A stretch of DNA of 64,000 bases from Macrostomum lignano (Eukaryota). How positions within the stretch are numbered: the stretch's first letter is position 1; every line of letters starts with the position of its first letter. The translations under genes were made by a program, and so were the position numbers. The stretch is from the NCBI GenBank assembly GCA_002269645.1, contig NIVC01002936.1, positions 1 to 64,000 on the forward strand, written 5' to 3'. Below the pieces are notes generated by a model, which saw only the letters and a list, made by a program, of their open reading frames with translations, did not search any database and was not told where the DNA came from. Shown here in pieces: positions 47,844 to 59,810 of the stretch.

Positions 47844-49296
47844 CAACTCGCGGGCGAGGGAGGCACGACACGGGTGAGGGAGACGAACCAGGGCGGAACA
47901 GGCCAAACACCAGACAAAAAGGGAAGAGGCGAGGGGGAAGCAGTCAGTAAAACAGAAAGTTAGACTTGGGCGGCAGCCGCCAAAGCTCCCACAACACGCC
48001 GAGAGCCACCCGAGAGCGCAGATAGCGCAGAACATCGAGCTGCTTCACGTCGTCAACCGAGAGGCCCGCCTCGAATGCATCGCAGGCGCCACCATGTCGC
48101 ATCGAGTGACCGGAGAACTGACAGGATGGCACCCCTGCGGCGTCAAGGGAGCGGCGAAGCATTCGGTTGAAACCCGCAGCTGACATGGCACGCCGACCGC
48201 GGCTACAGTGGAAGCTGAACAGTGGCCAGTCGGGTGTCTTGGTCGGGCAGATGCCGTTGCTCGACAGGTGTTTAGCGAGTGCCTCCACCGGACGGAGCGG
48301 ATGTCCTCTGGCCAGTCTTGGTAGCTGGACATACTGGTCCTGTTGCCCCAGCTGATTGGTTTTGGACACCCGGATGCGAAGCCGGGCTCCGTCGGTGTCC
48401 CGCAGATCACTTGCGCGGGCCAGTGAGCGCAGTGAGAACAGGTTGGCGTATCTGAGCAGGCCGAAGAAGCGCACAGCCATGGATTCCCTGTCTATGGCCA
48501 TAAGACTACTGATTCAGTGTCAGGACTCTGTAGTAGAATTTAACAGCTAATATAAATCCTAAGAGAGTTTCGGCCATAGACTGTCACCTAATGAAAACGG
48601 TACCTAGGCCACAGCAGGGCAGCCCAGAAGCAGCGCTGCGCTGGGCTAAGTGGCTGACAGGCTTGGTAAATGCGCAATAGGACCTCTTGCCACTGTATTG
48701 CCGCTCGCTGGCGTCTGGCACCTCGCACTGCCAGTTGTACGATAGCGCAGGTGGTCAAGTCTGGCCGGTTCGCCAGTCGATGAGGCCAGCTGATGACGGC
48801 CAGGGCGTGCTGTACTGCCGAGTTTGCAGAAGTTTGCAGAAGCCCTCCCAGCGTGAGAAGGCGTGTCGGTATGCGTCGCGCGTTCTTGGAGCCCATGCGG
48901 CGCGGAGCAGAGAGCGGAGTGGCCCGGTGACGCGGTGAGGCGGCAGAGACTGGCAGCATGACAAGCAAATTCGGCGGCGGAGAAATTCTTCGTTGACCTG
49001 CTGACAGCCGGAGGACAGCCGGTTGATGAGGCCCGCGGCGGTGCTGCTGTCGGTGTACACGGATGACGCAGCATGCGCCCTCGAGACATGAGTCGGACTC
49101 GATGACAATTCGCCGGGAGAACTGCGGCCAGCTGGGCGCACTGAAGAGAGTGGCATCAGCTTGTCTCCACCAGCTCAAGGGTGCTGGGCCCCAAAAGAAC
49201 CCCGTGGAGGCTTGTGCGCGTCGGAAGCTGTCGTCGAATCGAATCACGAGACGGTTTGATCCGTTAGTTGTCCCGATTTGGGAAGATACTCGAGGA
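47844..49296 (-). mobile_element. DIRS/Ngaro-type tyrosine-recombinase retrotransposon remnant (RNase H fragment and YR)
   Basis: RNase H-like IESDSCLEG and VYTDSSTAAGLINR; YR N-terminus AWAPRTRDAYRHAFSRWEGFC; catalytic part FFGLLRYANL, IRVSKTNQLG, GHSMRHGGA, LRYLR. Frameshifts and deletions; no RT present. Confidence 0.88.
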
Positions 49297-49300
49297 TCAG

Positions 49301-50232
49301 TGAATCTTTGCGCACAGATCCAGACCATCGACAAATCCGATGGTTATGTGAAGTCAGTGAATCTTTGCGCACAGATCCAGACCCTAGACAAATCCGATGG
49401 TTATGTGAAGTCAGTGAATCATTGCGCACAGATCCAGACCCTAGACAAATCCGATGGTTATGTGAAGTCAGTGAATCGTTGCGCACAGATCCAGGCCATA
49501 GACAAATCCGATGGTTATGTGAAGTCAGTGAATCATTGCGCACAGATCCAGGCCATAGACAAATCCGATGGTTATGTGAAGTCAGTGAATCATTGCGCAC
49601 AGATCCAGACCCTAGACAAATCCGATGGTTATGTGAAGTCAGTGAATCGTTGCGCACAGATCCAGACCCTAGACAAATCCGATGGTTATGTGAAGTCAGT
49701 GAATCATAGCGCACAGATCCAGACCCTAGACAAATCCGATGGTTATGTGAAGTCAGTGAATCATTGCGCACAGATCCAGACCATAGACAAATCCGATGGT
49801 TATGTGAAGTCAGTGAATCATTGCGCACAGATCCAGACCCTAGACAAATCCGATGGTTATGTGAAGTCAGTGAGTCATTGCGCACAGATCCAGACCATAG
49901 ACAAATCCGATGGTTATGTGAAGTCAGTGAATCATTGCGCACATATCCAGGCCATAGACAAATCCGATGGTTATGTGAAGTCAGTGAATCTTTGCGCACA
50001 GATCCAGACCCTAGACAAATCCGATGGTTATGTGAAGTCAGTGAATCATTGCGCACAGATCCAGACCCTAGACAAATCCGATGGTTATGTGAAGTCAGTG
50101 AATCATTGCGCACAGATCCAGACCCTAGACAAATCCGATGGTTATGTGAAGTCCGTGAATCATTGCGCACAGATCCAGACCATAGACAAATCCGATGGTT
50201 ATGTGAAGTCAGTGAATAATTGCGCACAGATC
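49301..50232. repeat. 57-bp satellite, about 16 copies, plus one degenerate unit at about 47780-47843
   Basis: Unit TGAATCATTGCGCACAGATCCAGACCCTAGACAAATCCGATGGTTATGTGAAGTCAG. Confidence 0.95.
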
Positions 50233-50864
50233 ATGCTCTTACTGATCTGTTTACTTTGCAAAATGAGTAGAGTTTACCGTGTATGTATGTCTCATAAAAT
50301 AGCTTCTGTATTCTTCACTGCTACTGAACTGTAAGTAGTAAAGATGCCTGAGTGGCAAATCTAGTTACGAGAGTATTTTTGGCTTTCGGCTTTCGGGGCC
50401 AACAACTTGCTGCTGTATTGTGTGCTCACAGCTCACACTTAATTTTATTGATTAACAATCTAAGTAGTTTAGTAAAGGAGTTTTTTACGCTCGGGAAAGC
50501 GAGTTTATGCACAGACAGTTATTAATAATTCCCCGGAGAAGGAATTTGCTTCCGTCTTAGCTGTGATCCTCGTTTTTTACGGTGCCTGTCAGCTGACATT
50601 TCGTAATCTTGCTGTTGCGTCTCTCGGGTAAAGAAGTTATATACATGCGAAAGCAAGGGGGTCGAGTTGAAAAAATTGGTTTGAGTTCTGCCCCGCCCTC
50701 GAGGTCAACCAACCAATCAATCAATCAATTATCGACGAAATTAGCGATCTATCGGTGTCCTAAACGCGTGTGCAGGTGTGCGACGTGCACCCCGATTTTA
50801 TAGATTAGCGTGTGCCGTCTTGTAAGTGTATTTGATCGCAGTGGAATGCTTGAGAGATCAATGC

Positions 50865-51305
50865 ACATTTGCAGATTGCTGAGGGGAATTCAGTGCACAT
50901 TTGCTGATTGATGAGGGGACTTCAGTGTACATTTGCTGATTGATGAGGGGACTTCAGTGTACATTTGCTGATTGCTGAGGGGACTTCAGTGTACATTTGC
51001 TGATTGATGAGGGGACTTCAGTGTACATTTGCTGATTGATGAGGGGACTTCAGTGTACATTTGCTGATTGCTGAGGGGACTTCAGTGTACATTTGCTGAT
51101 TGATGAGGGGACTTCAGTGTACATTTGCTGATTGATGAGGGGACTTCAGTGTACATTTGCTGATTGATGAGGGGACTTCAGTGTACATTTGCTGATTGCT
51201 GAGGGGACTTCAGTGTACATTTGCTGATTGCTGAGGGGAATTAAGTGTACATTTGCTGATTGGTGAGGGGACTTCAGTGTACATTTGCTGATTGCAGAGG
51301 GGAAT
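50865..51305. repeat. 32-bp array TACATTTGCTGATTGATGAGGGGACTTCAGTG
   Basis: Directly visible. Confidence 0.93.
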
Positions 51306-51714
51306 TCAATGTCTGTCAATTGCGCAAATTCTATTAGCAAACTATAAAAAATATGCATACAAACCAACTAATTAGTTATGCTAATTAGCTAATTAAATTA
51401 TGCCAGTGCAGCAGCAGGGCAGGACACCCTCTCGGACACCTAATCACTGGGCGATAGAAACTGTTTCTCACATTGACAGTTTTATTGTGTCTGGATAATG
51501 ATTGTGTTTATTGTGAAGAGGCTGCCTCACTAACTCAGAACAGCTCTATGTTAAACAATGTTCTTCGTACAGCGTTTCTCTAATTATGAGCATCAATAAG
51601 CCCTGCATTATGTGCACTTTCTGGATAATAAGCAGGGTTCCCATTGATAACTGGATAGTGATAGACAGAGTGCTCACCAATGACTAGAGAGTGATAGATA
51701 GAGTGCTCAATAAT

Positions 51715-52095
51715 GAATAAGAGAGTGAGCGACAGAGTGCTCAATAATGAATAAGAGAGTGAGCGACAGAGTGCTCAATAATGAATAAGAGAGTGAGCGA
51801 CAGAGTGCTCAATAATGAATAAGAGAGTGAGCGACAGAGTGCTCAATAATGAATAAGAGAGTGAGCGACAGAGTGCTCAATAATGAATAAGAGAGTGAGC
51901 GACAGAGTGCTCAATAATGAATAAGAGAGTGATAGACAGAGTGCTCAATAATGAATAAGAGAGTGATAGACAGAGTGCTCAATAATGCATAAGAGAGTGA
52001 GCGACAGAGTGCTCAATAATGAATAAGAGAGTGAGCGACAGAGTGCTCAATAATGAATAAGAGAGTGAGAGACAGAGTGCTCAACAATGAGTAAG
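51715..52095. repeat. 34-bp array CAGAGTGCTCAATAATGAATAAGAGAGTGAGCGA
   Basis: About 11 copies ending about 200 nt upstream of the channel ATG. Confidence 0.93.
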
Positions 52096-52292
52096 CAGAG
52101 AATCCCATGACTCAGGCAGGATTAGCACAGCGGATATTCATTGGTCCCCCAAATACTGCAGTCAGCAGCCAGCCAATGGGTGGCACAAAAAACCGCCCCG
52201 CAGTAACAAAGCGACTTCATATTTGAGAAGTTGTCACTTGCCACACATGTTGTGAAAAGTGGCACTGAAGACAGCTATAACAAAATAAAAAC

Positions 52293-55200
52293 ATGAAAAT
52301 CCCTGTTCCAAACTCCAATAACAACTTCTATCTTCTGCTCCTGCTTCTAGTGGCAGAAGATCTGCCTCAGCTGGTCAACTGTGAACAGCAGCAGCCCCTA
52401 GCAACGGTTCCAAGAAGCTGGTGCCAGGATGTGCCGCCGCTGATGAAGCAGGCCAACATCACCGAGGAGAGGTTCGTGGCTCAACTATTCAAAGGCTACC
52501 AGAAGCAGCACCGGCCGCCCAACTGTCTGGATGGCAACCAGAGAAGCTCCACTTCGCCAACCATTGTCAGCGTGAACATCTACGTGAACAGCATCAGCTC
52601 CATCAGTGTGGTCGATATGGACTACTCGGTTGACGTGTTCCTCCGACAGAGGTGGACAGACTCCAGGCTGAGGTTCCGCGGTCAGTCCGGCGTTCTGTCG
52701 CTTAACTACATGAAAGAGCGACTCTGGATTCCCGACCTGTTCTTCAGGAACTCCAAGGAGGGCAAACTGCACACGGTGACCACCCAAATCATCTGATCTG
52801 GGTCTACCCAGACAATGGAAGCGTGCTATTCAGCCAGAAGCTTTCGGTGAAACTCGACTGTCCCATGACATTGTGGAATTTCCCAATGGACAGTCAGGTC
52901 TGCCGGGTGGAGATGGGCAGCTATGGCTACTCGTTGGAGGAGCTGGACTTTGTCTGGATAGGCGATAGACAGGTTGAGCTCAACAGCAAGCTGCAGATTA
53001 ACGAGTTCCAGTTCCCCAGCCTGAGGTATGGCGCTTGTCTCAAGGCCTACAACAGCACAGGCAGATTTGCCTGCGTCTATCTGGAATTCCATCTGGTTAG
53101 AAAGTTTGGATTTTACCTGATCTACACCTACCTGCCCTCTATTCTGGTTGTGCTGCTGTCCTGGATCTCATTCTGGATTGACTATCAAGCTGTGCCGGCC
53201 AGGATCACTTTGGGCCTGCTGTCAATCCTGGCGCTCATCACCCAGGCCGCTGCCACGCTGCAGAAACTGCCCAGGGTGTCCTACGTTAAAGGTTGGCGGA
53301 TTGGGTGCTTGGATGAAAGAATAGAGGGAGAGTGGGGTGAGAAAGGGAGAGTGGGGTGAGAGAGGGAGAGTGGGTGAGAGAGGGAGAGTAAGGAGAGAGA
53401 TGGAGAGTGGAGGAAAGAGTGAGAGTTGAGTGTGGGAGGGAGAGTGGGGTAAGAGAGGGAGAGTAGGGTGAGAGAGGGAGAGTGGGGTGAGAGAGGGAGA
53501 GTAGGGTGAGAGAGGGAGAGTAGGATAAGAGAGGGAGAGTAGGGAGAGAGAGGGAGAGTGGAGGAAAGAGGGAGAGTTGAGTGTGAGAGGGAGAGTGGGT
53601 GAGAGAGGGAGAGTAGGGTGAGAGAGGGAGAGTGGGGTGAGAGAGGGAGAGTAGGGTGAGAGAGGGAGAGTAGGATAAGAGAGGGAGAGTAGGGAGAGAG
53701 AGGGAGAGTGGAGGAAAGAGGGAGAGTTGAGTGTGAGAGGGAGAGTGGGTGAGAGAGGGAGAGTAGGGTGAGAGAGGGAGAGTGGGGTGAGAGAGGGAGA
53801 GTAGGGTGAGAGAGGGAGAGTAGGATAAGAGAGGGAGAGTAGGGAGAGAGAGGGAGAGTGGAGGAAAGAGGGAGAGTTGAGTGTGAGAGGGAGAGTGGGT
53901 GAGAGAGGGAGAGTAGGGTGAGAGAGGGAGAGTGGGGTGAGAGAGGGAGAGTAGGGTGAGAGAGGGAGAGTAGGATAAGAGAGGGAGAGTAGGGAGAGAG
54001 AGGGAGAGTGGAGGAAAGAGGGAGAGTTGAGTGTGAGAGAGAGAGTGGGTGAGAGAGGGAGAGTAGGGTGAGAGAGGGAGAGTAGGGTGTGAGAGGGAGA
54101 GTAGGGTGAGAGGGGGAGAGTAAAGTGAGGAAGCTGGAGTGTAGGAGATGTACAAAGGAAAAGAGTGACAGTAGGAGTTCACAGGCGGGACAGAGTGACA
54201 GAGGGGTGAAGTTCCGCCCAGTCCACACTGTCACGAGCAGAGGGCGTGGTGAGATACACGAACAGTAATATCATTTTTTCTACGATCAAACGATGCTTTA
54301 GATCAAAGGGTTATAAATTAGAAGAACTGTCGCGACAATTATGCTTCGACAAACGTTTTTACGATGACTTCCCACTAATTATTTGACCACACTCACAGAA
54401 AACAGAAGGCAGATGACTACCCGGACGCGACTCTAAAAGTGCTAAGTCTTAAGCGAAGTGAGCGAATCCAGTAAGCTACCAATAAACAACTCAATAAACA
54501 ACATGGAAAGCCACTATAATAAACAATTTAATAAACCTTCAATAAACAACCCGTAAAGCAACCAACAAACAGTACAGCACCATAAACCATCACTAAACAA
54601 CCCCTTAAAAGATCTTTTGCAGACAAAACCTTTCTTTATCTTGAAATTCAAAGTTGTTGAAATTTTGCTACAATATAGCTGCCGTAAAAGTTTAAACTTG
54701 ACTGCAGACTACTTTCAGCAGCCTCTAACACAATCAGTCCGTCTGTACACATGCTATAACTGGGTCTCGAAAGGAAACACGCTCCCATGGATTCCTCTTA
54801 ACTATGAGCAGCCACGGCATACGATCTATAGTCGGTAACTTCTGTCTGTCATACTCAAGATACTCAGACAGGATATTGCAGTCAAGAGGTTTGGGAGAAT
54901 TTGGCGATATATTATCGTACAGTTGTCGTGTATTGATAGCATACTGATTATATGATTTTGAGCTGTATTCTATCGGAGTTAACGTTAGCAATGTAAGAAA
55001 TAGTAGAAATTATGTTAGTAATGCACTTAGGCTAGCAAAAGTAGGTTACAGTAGGTTACAATAAAGAAAATTAGGTAATTAAAACTGAGACTTTGTTGAA
55101 AAATTAGTAGAAGATAGGTAAAGAGGAAAGGGTGAGAGGGAGAATGAAACGAGAGAGGGAGAGTGACATGAGAGAGGGAGAGTGACATGAGAGAGGAGAG

Positions 55201-58142
55201 TGACATGAGAGAGGGAGAGTGACATGCGAAAGGGAGAGTGACATGAGAGAGGAAGAGTGACATGAGAGAGGGAGAGTGACATGAGAGAGGGAGAGTGACA
55301 TGAGAGAGGGAGAGTGACATGAGAGAGGGAGAGTGACATGAGAGAGGGAGAGTGACATGAGAAAGGGAGAGTGACATGAGAAAGGGAGAGTGACATGAGA
55401 GAGGGAGAGTGACATGAGAGAGGGAGAGTGACATGAGAAAGGGAGAGTGACATGAGAGAGGAGAGTGACATGAGAGAGGGAGAGTGACATGAGAAAGGGA
55501 GAGTGACATGAGAGAGGAGAGTGACATGAGAGAGGGAGAGTGACATGAGAGAGGGAGAGTGACATGAGAAAGGGAGAGTGACATGAGAGAGGGAGAGTGA
55601 CATGAGAAAGGGAGAGTGACATGAGAGAGGGAGAGTGACATGAGAGAGGGAGAGTGACATGAGAGAGGGAGAGTGACATGAGAGAGGAGAGTGACATGAG
55701 AGAGGGAGAGTGACATGCTAAAGGGAGAGTGACATGAGAGAGGGAGAGTGACATGAGAAAGGGAGAGTGACATGAGAAAGGGAGAGTGACATGAGAAAGG
55801 GAGAGTGACATGAGAGAGGGAGAGTGACATGAGAGAGGGAGAGTGACATGAGAAAGGGAGAGTGACATGAGAGAGGAGAGTGACATGAGAGAGGGAGAGT
55901 GACATGAGAAAGGGAGAGTGACATGAGAGAGGGAGAGTGATATGAGAAAGGGAGAGTGACATGAGAGGGAGAGTGACATGAGAAAGGGAGAGTGACATGA
56001 GAAAGGGAGAGTGACATGAGAGAGGGAGAGTGACATGAGAAAGGGAGAGTGACATGAGAAATGGAGAGTGACATGAGAGAGGAGAGTGACATGAGAGAGG
56101 GAGAGTGACATGAGAGAGGGAGAGTGACATGAGAGAGGGAGAGTGACATGAGAAAGGGAGAGTGACATGAGAGAGGGAGAGTGACATGAGAAAGGGAGAG
56201 TGACATGAGAAAGGGAGAGTGACATGAGAGAGGAGAGTGACATGAGAGAGGGAGAGTGACATGAGAGAGGGAGAGTGACATGAGAGAGGGAGAGTGACAT
56301 GAGAGAGGGAGAGTGACACGAGAGAGGGAGAGTGACATGAGAAAGGGAGAGTGACATGAAAGAGGAGAGTGACATGAGAGAGGGAGAGTGACATGAGAGA
56401 GGGAGAGTGACATGAGAAAGGGAGAGTGACATGAGAGAGGGAGAGTGACATGAGAAAGTGAGAGTGACATGAGAGAGGGAGAGTGACACGAGAGAGGGAG
56501 AGTGACATGAGAAAGGGAGAGTGACATGAGAAAGGGAAAGTGACATGAGAAAGGGAGAGTGACATGAGAAAGGGAAAGTGACATGAGAAAGGGAGAGTGA
56601 CATGAGAAAGGGAGAGTGACAGCAGGTGAACAAAGCAAAGGAATAGAAAGTTGGGGAAAGCTCAAGATGCATGCAGAGCATCTTTAATCACTGTAGGCTC
56701 AAGGTAGATTAAAAATCTAAACAAAAATCGATTCTGCTGATAATTCCAAATTTAAGAAGATAAGCACACAAACGCAGGATTGGTTGATCCAGCTAGCTCA
56801 CCAAAACCCCAGCTCCCAATAAGCAAACAAAGCCTACTTCAATCTGCTGAGGATGAGCCAAGTAGCCCTTGAGCAGTCCTATTCACATTAGTTTCTACTC
56901 AAATCTTTTTTTGAGAAAATCTACCACTTCAGGCAAGTAGTGCAAAGGGTTAATGCATTCAGCATCCTCTCGGGTCTACTCAGCAAGGCTGATCAAATTT
57001 ACTTAGCGTCCATACCCGGGTAAATCTAAAGTTCATTAGGAGAGAAAGTTTATGAAAGTAACTAGTATTACACTCCTAATTAAAAAGCTTTTATCAGCGC
57101 AAAAAATCATGAAGGGATTTTGTAGCTAAAAAATATATCTAAATTTTGCTACCAGCGAGTGTAAGTCAATTAAAATATACTTGTGCCAAAAAGGGCAGCT
57201 ATCACTAACTGACAGGGTAAGAGAATCGGAGTGGGGTGGGTGTCGGTTAGAGTGAGGGGCAGAGAATCGGAGTGGGGTGGGTGTCGGTTAGAGTGAGGGG
57301 CAGAGAATCGGAGTGGGGTGGGTGTTGATTAGAGTGAGGGGCAGAGAATCGGAGTGGGTTGGGTGTTGATTAGAGTGAGGGGCAGAGAATCGGAGTGGGG
57401 TAGGTGTCATTTCAAGCCCCTAACCCCAAAGCTCCCTCACTCTTTCCCAGCCATAGACGTATGGCTGTTCGCCTGCCTGGCATTCGTGGTGCTGTCCCTG
57501 CTGGAGTTCTCGCTGGTTAACGTGCTCGCCAGGCGCCAATCGAAGCACCGTGACGCCGAGTGGCGCTGCGAACTACGACGTGCCCTACGCCAGGAGCTCC
57601 TGGCGTTCACTGGCGGCGGCGGCGGCGGCGGTACGAACGAAGGCTTTGCCTCTGATCCGCCTGCCAATGGCGGCGGCAATTTCGAAAGTGAGGAAATTGC
57701 CATTGACAGCTGCGTTGGCGGTGGTGGAGGTGGCGACGTCGGCGACACTCCAGACAGCCCTCTGCTGGCCATGATGATGATGTCGATGCGGCATCGACGT
57801 TACCGCGGCTCCGACGATGACTCAAGCGGTGGAGGCGTCGGCGGCAACGTGCCCCGGGCGGCCGTGTCTACTGCGGCCACAGTGGGTTCGGCGGCTCCGG
57901 CGGCCGGTGCTTTCAGAGGTGGGCAGCAACACCAGGAGCAGCGGAGGCAGCGGCACAGGAGGCAGAAGCAGCAGACCGCTTCGCAGCAGCCAGCTTTCGG
58001 ATTGAAACCGCAGCACGTGGATTGGTTTTCAATCTTCTTATTTCCGTTCAGCTTCCTGCTGTTCAATGCCATCTACTGGCTGTACTTTCTAGTGCTGAGC
58101 TCACACCAGAATGAGGGCGGCTTTCACGATCCACCAATCTAG
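52293..58142 (+). CDS. Anion-selective Cys-loop ligand-gated channel subunit (GluCl/GlyR-like), 2 coding exons, apparent 1-bp frameshift
   Basis: Exon 52293-53291, then 57451-58142 (phase 1, SYVK|AIDVW). Motifs LRQRWTD, WIPDLFFRNSK, Cys-loop CPMTLWNFPMDSQVC, loop C disulfide CLKAYNSTGRFAC, PARITLG filter and four TM helices. One C is missing at CCC 52783-52785 (TTPNHLIW). Confidence 0.92.
53320..54125. repeat. GA-rich array with a 150-bp higher-order unit
   Basis: TAGGATAAGA recurs at 53521, 53671, 53821 and 53971. Confidence 0.93.
55125..56620. repeat. 19-bp array CATGAGAGAGGGAGAGTGA
   Basis: Directly visible. Confidence 0.95.
57215..57405 (-). repeat. 41-bp minisatellite, reverse complement of the 29785-30330 family
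   Basis: AGAATCGGAGTGGGGTGGGTGTCGGTTAGAGTGAGGGGCAG. Confidence 0.92.
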
Positions 58143-58184
58143 GGTGTTAGAGGGACAGATAATGAGAGGGATGGAGTGGGTTGG

Positions 58185-58685
58185 GTGCCGCGCTTGTGGG
58201 CCAAAGAATCGGAGGAAGTGAGGTGGATGCCGCGTTTCTACAAAAGAATTGGAGGAAGTGGGGTGGGTGCAGCGTATAGGCCAAAGAATCGGAGGGAGTG
58301 GGGTGGGTGCCGCGTGTAGGCCAAAGAATCGGAGTGAGTGGGGTGGGTGCAGCGTATAGGCCAAAGAATCGGAGGGAGTGGGGTGGGTGCAGCGTATAGG
58401 CCAAAGAATCGGAGGGAGTGGGGTGGGTGCCGCGTGCAGGCCAAAGAATCGGAGGGAGTGGGGTGGGTGCCGCGTGCAGGCCAAAGAATCGGAGGGAGTG
58501 GGGTGGGTGCCGCGTGCGGGCCAAAGAATCGGAGGGAGTGGGGTGGGTGCCGCGTGCGGGCCAAAGAATCGGAGGGAGTGGGGTGGGTGCCGCGTGCGGG
58601 CCAAAGAATCGGAGGGAGTGGGGTGGGTGCCGCGTGCGGGCCAAAGAATCGGAGGGAGTGGGGTGGCTGCCGCGCGCGGGCTGAA
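58185..58685 (-). repeat. 40-bp G-rich minisatellite variant of the same family
   Basis: GGCCAAAGAATCGGAGGGAGTGGGGTGGGTGCCGCGTGCG. Confidence 0.92.
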
Positions 58686-59334
58686 GAGAGGGTGTGGGGA
58701 TGGTGCTTTTTTTTCAGAGCAGAATATTTAATTCGATAAAGCGAATTAAAGCGGCTAATAATTTTTTTAGAGATATATTGGGGCCTACATTCAGGTCATA
58801 AACAAAAGAAAAATTTCTTTGTACATAATCATATATAGCTGTGCGGTAGTACGAGCGTATTTTTAATTTTTACCAAAACTTTCTGTATTATGAATAATTA
58901 ACTAGACTATGCTAGCTATACGACCGAATGTACTATCGATAAACATGCTTAGCAGTGGCTTTTTAACGTTCGTACAAAGACAATTACTAAGCCATCCATA
59001 CTAAAATTAATGCTTCTGCACACGGGTCTGTTACTATTTGTTGTATTTGTCAATTTTTACGGAAATAATTTTCAAACAGAATTTGAAGCAACTTATGCAC
59101 AAACCCTGCAAACCGAAACTTAGTTTTATGTATTTTGGAAATAAAAAGCTACCGTAGCTGTTTTGGTGTTGTGGCATCAGCTATTTAAATTGTAAAATTA
59201 AGTAGCCTGTGTGTTTTTACTTAACAGCTTAATGAACTTGTTTGCACTTCAAAAATTCTCGCGACGATTTAACTTCCCCATTTTCGCCGTCTCATTATTT
59301 CTTTCTTATCCTTATTACCTTCCTCTCAACCTGC

Positions 59335-59810
59335 ATCCCTGTCTCCCTCCACCCTCCCTGTCTCCCTCTCACCCTCTATGTCTCCCTCTCACCCTCTATG
59401 TCTCCCTCTCACCCTCCCTGTCTCCCTCTCACCCTCTATGTCTCCCTCTCACCCTCTATGTCTCCCTCTCACCCTCTATGTCTCCCTCCCACCCTCTATG
59501 TCTCCCTCTCACCCTCTATGTCTCCCTCCCACCCTCTATGTCTCCCTCTCACCCTCTATGTCTCCCTCCCACCCTCTATGTCTCCCTCTCACCCTCTATG
59601 TCTCCCTCTCACCCTCTATGTCTCCCTCTCACCCTCTATGTCTCCCTCCCACCCTCCCTGTCTCCCTTTTACTCAACCTGTCTCCCTCTCACTCTACTTG
59701 TCTCCCTCTCACCCTCCCTGCCTTCCTCTCACCCTACGTGTCTTTCTCTCGCCCTCCTGTCTCCCTCTGCCTCCTCCCTGTCTCCCTCTCTCTCACCCTC
59801 CCTGTCACCC
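59335..59810. repeat. 20-bp CT-rich array TCTCCCTCTCACCCTCTATG
   Basis: Directly visible. Confidence 0.93.

Noticed and set aside
49063-50334. 423-aa ORF with 19-aa repeats as a real protein
   Set aside because: The 57-bp unit is open in several frames on both strands, the N-terminus is antisense YR-element sequence, and there is no signal or domain evidence.
52783-52796. Programmed ribosomal frameshift in the channel or GT32 genes
   Set aside because: No canonical slippery heptamer or stimulatory structure was seen. Indels in homopolymers are better explained by error or decay.
54240-55010. Degenerate retroelement fragment on the minus strand (CECG..H..C-like text, 85-aa ORF)
   Set aside because: Multiple stops and no diagnostic motif or TSD that I can confirm; needs tBLASTx.
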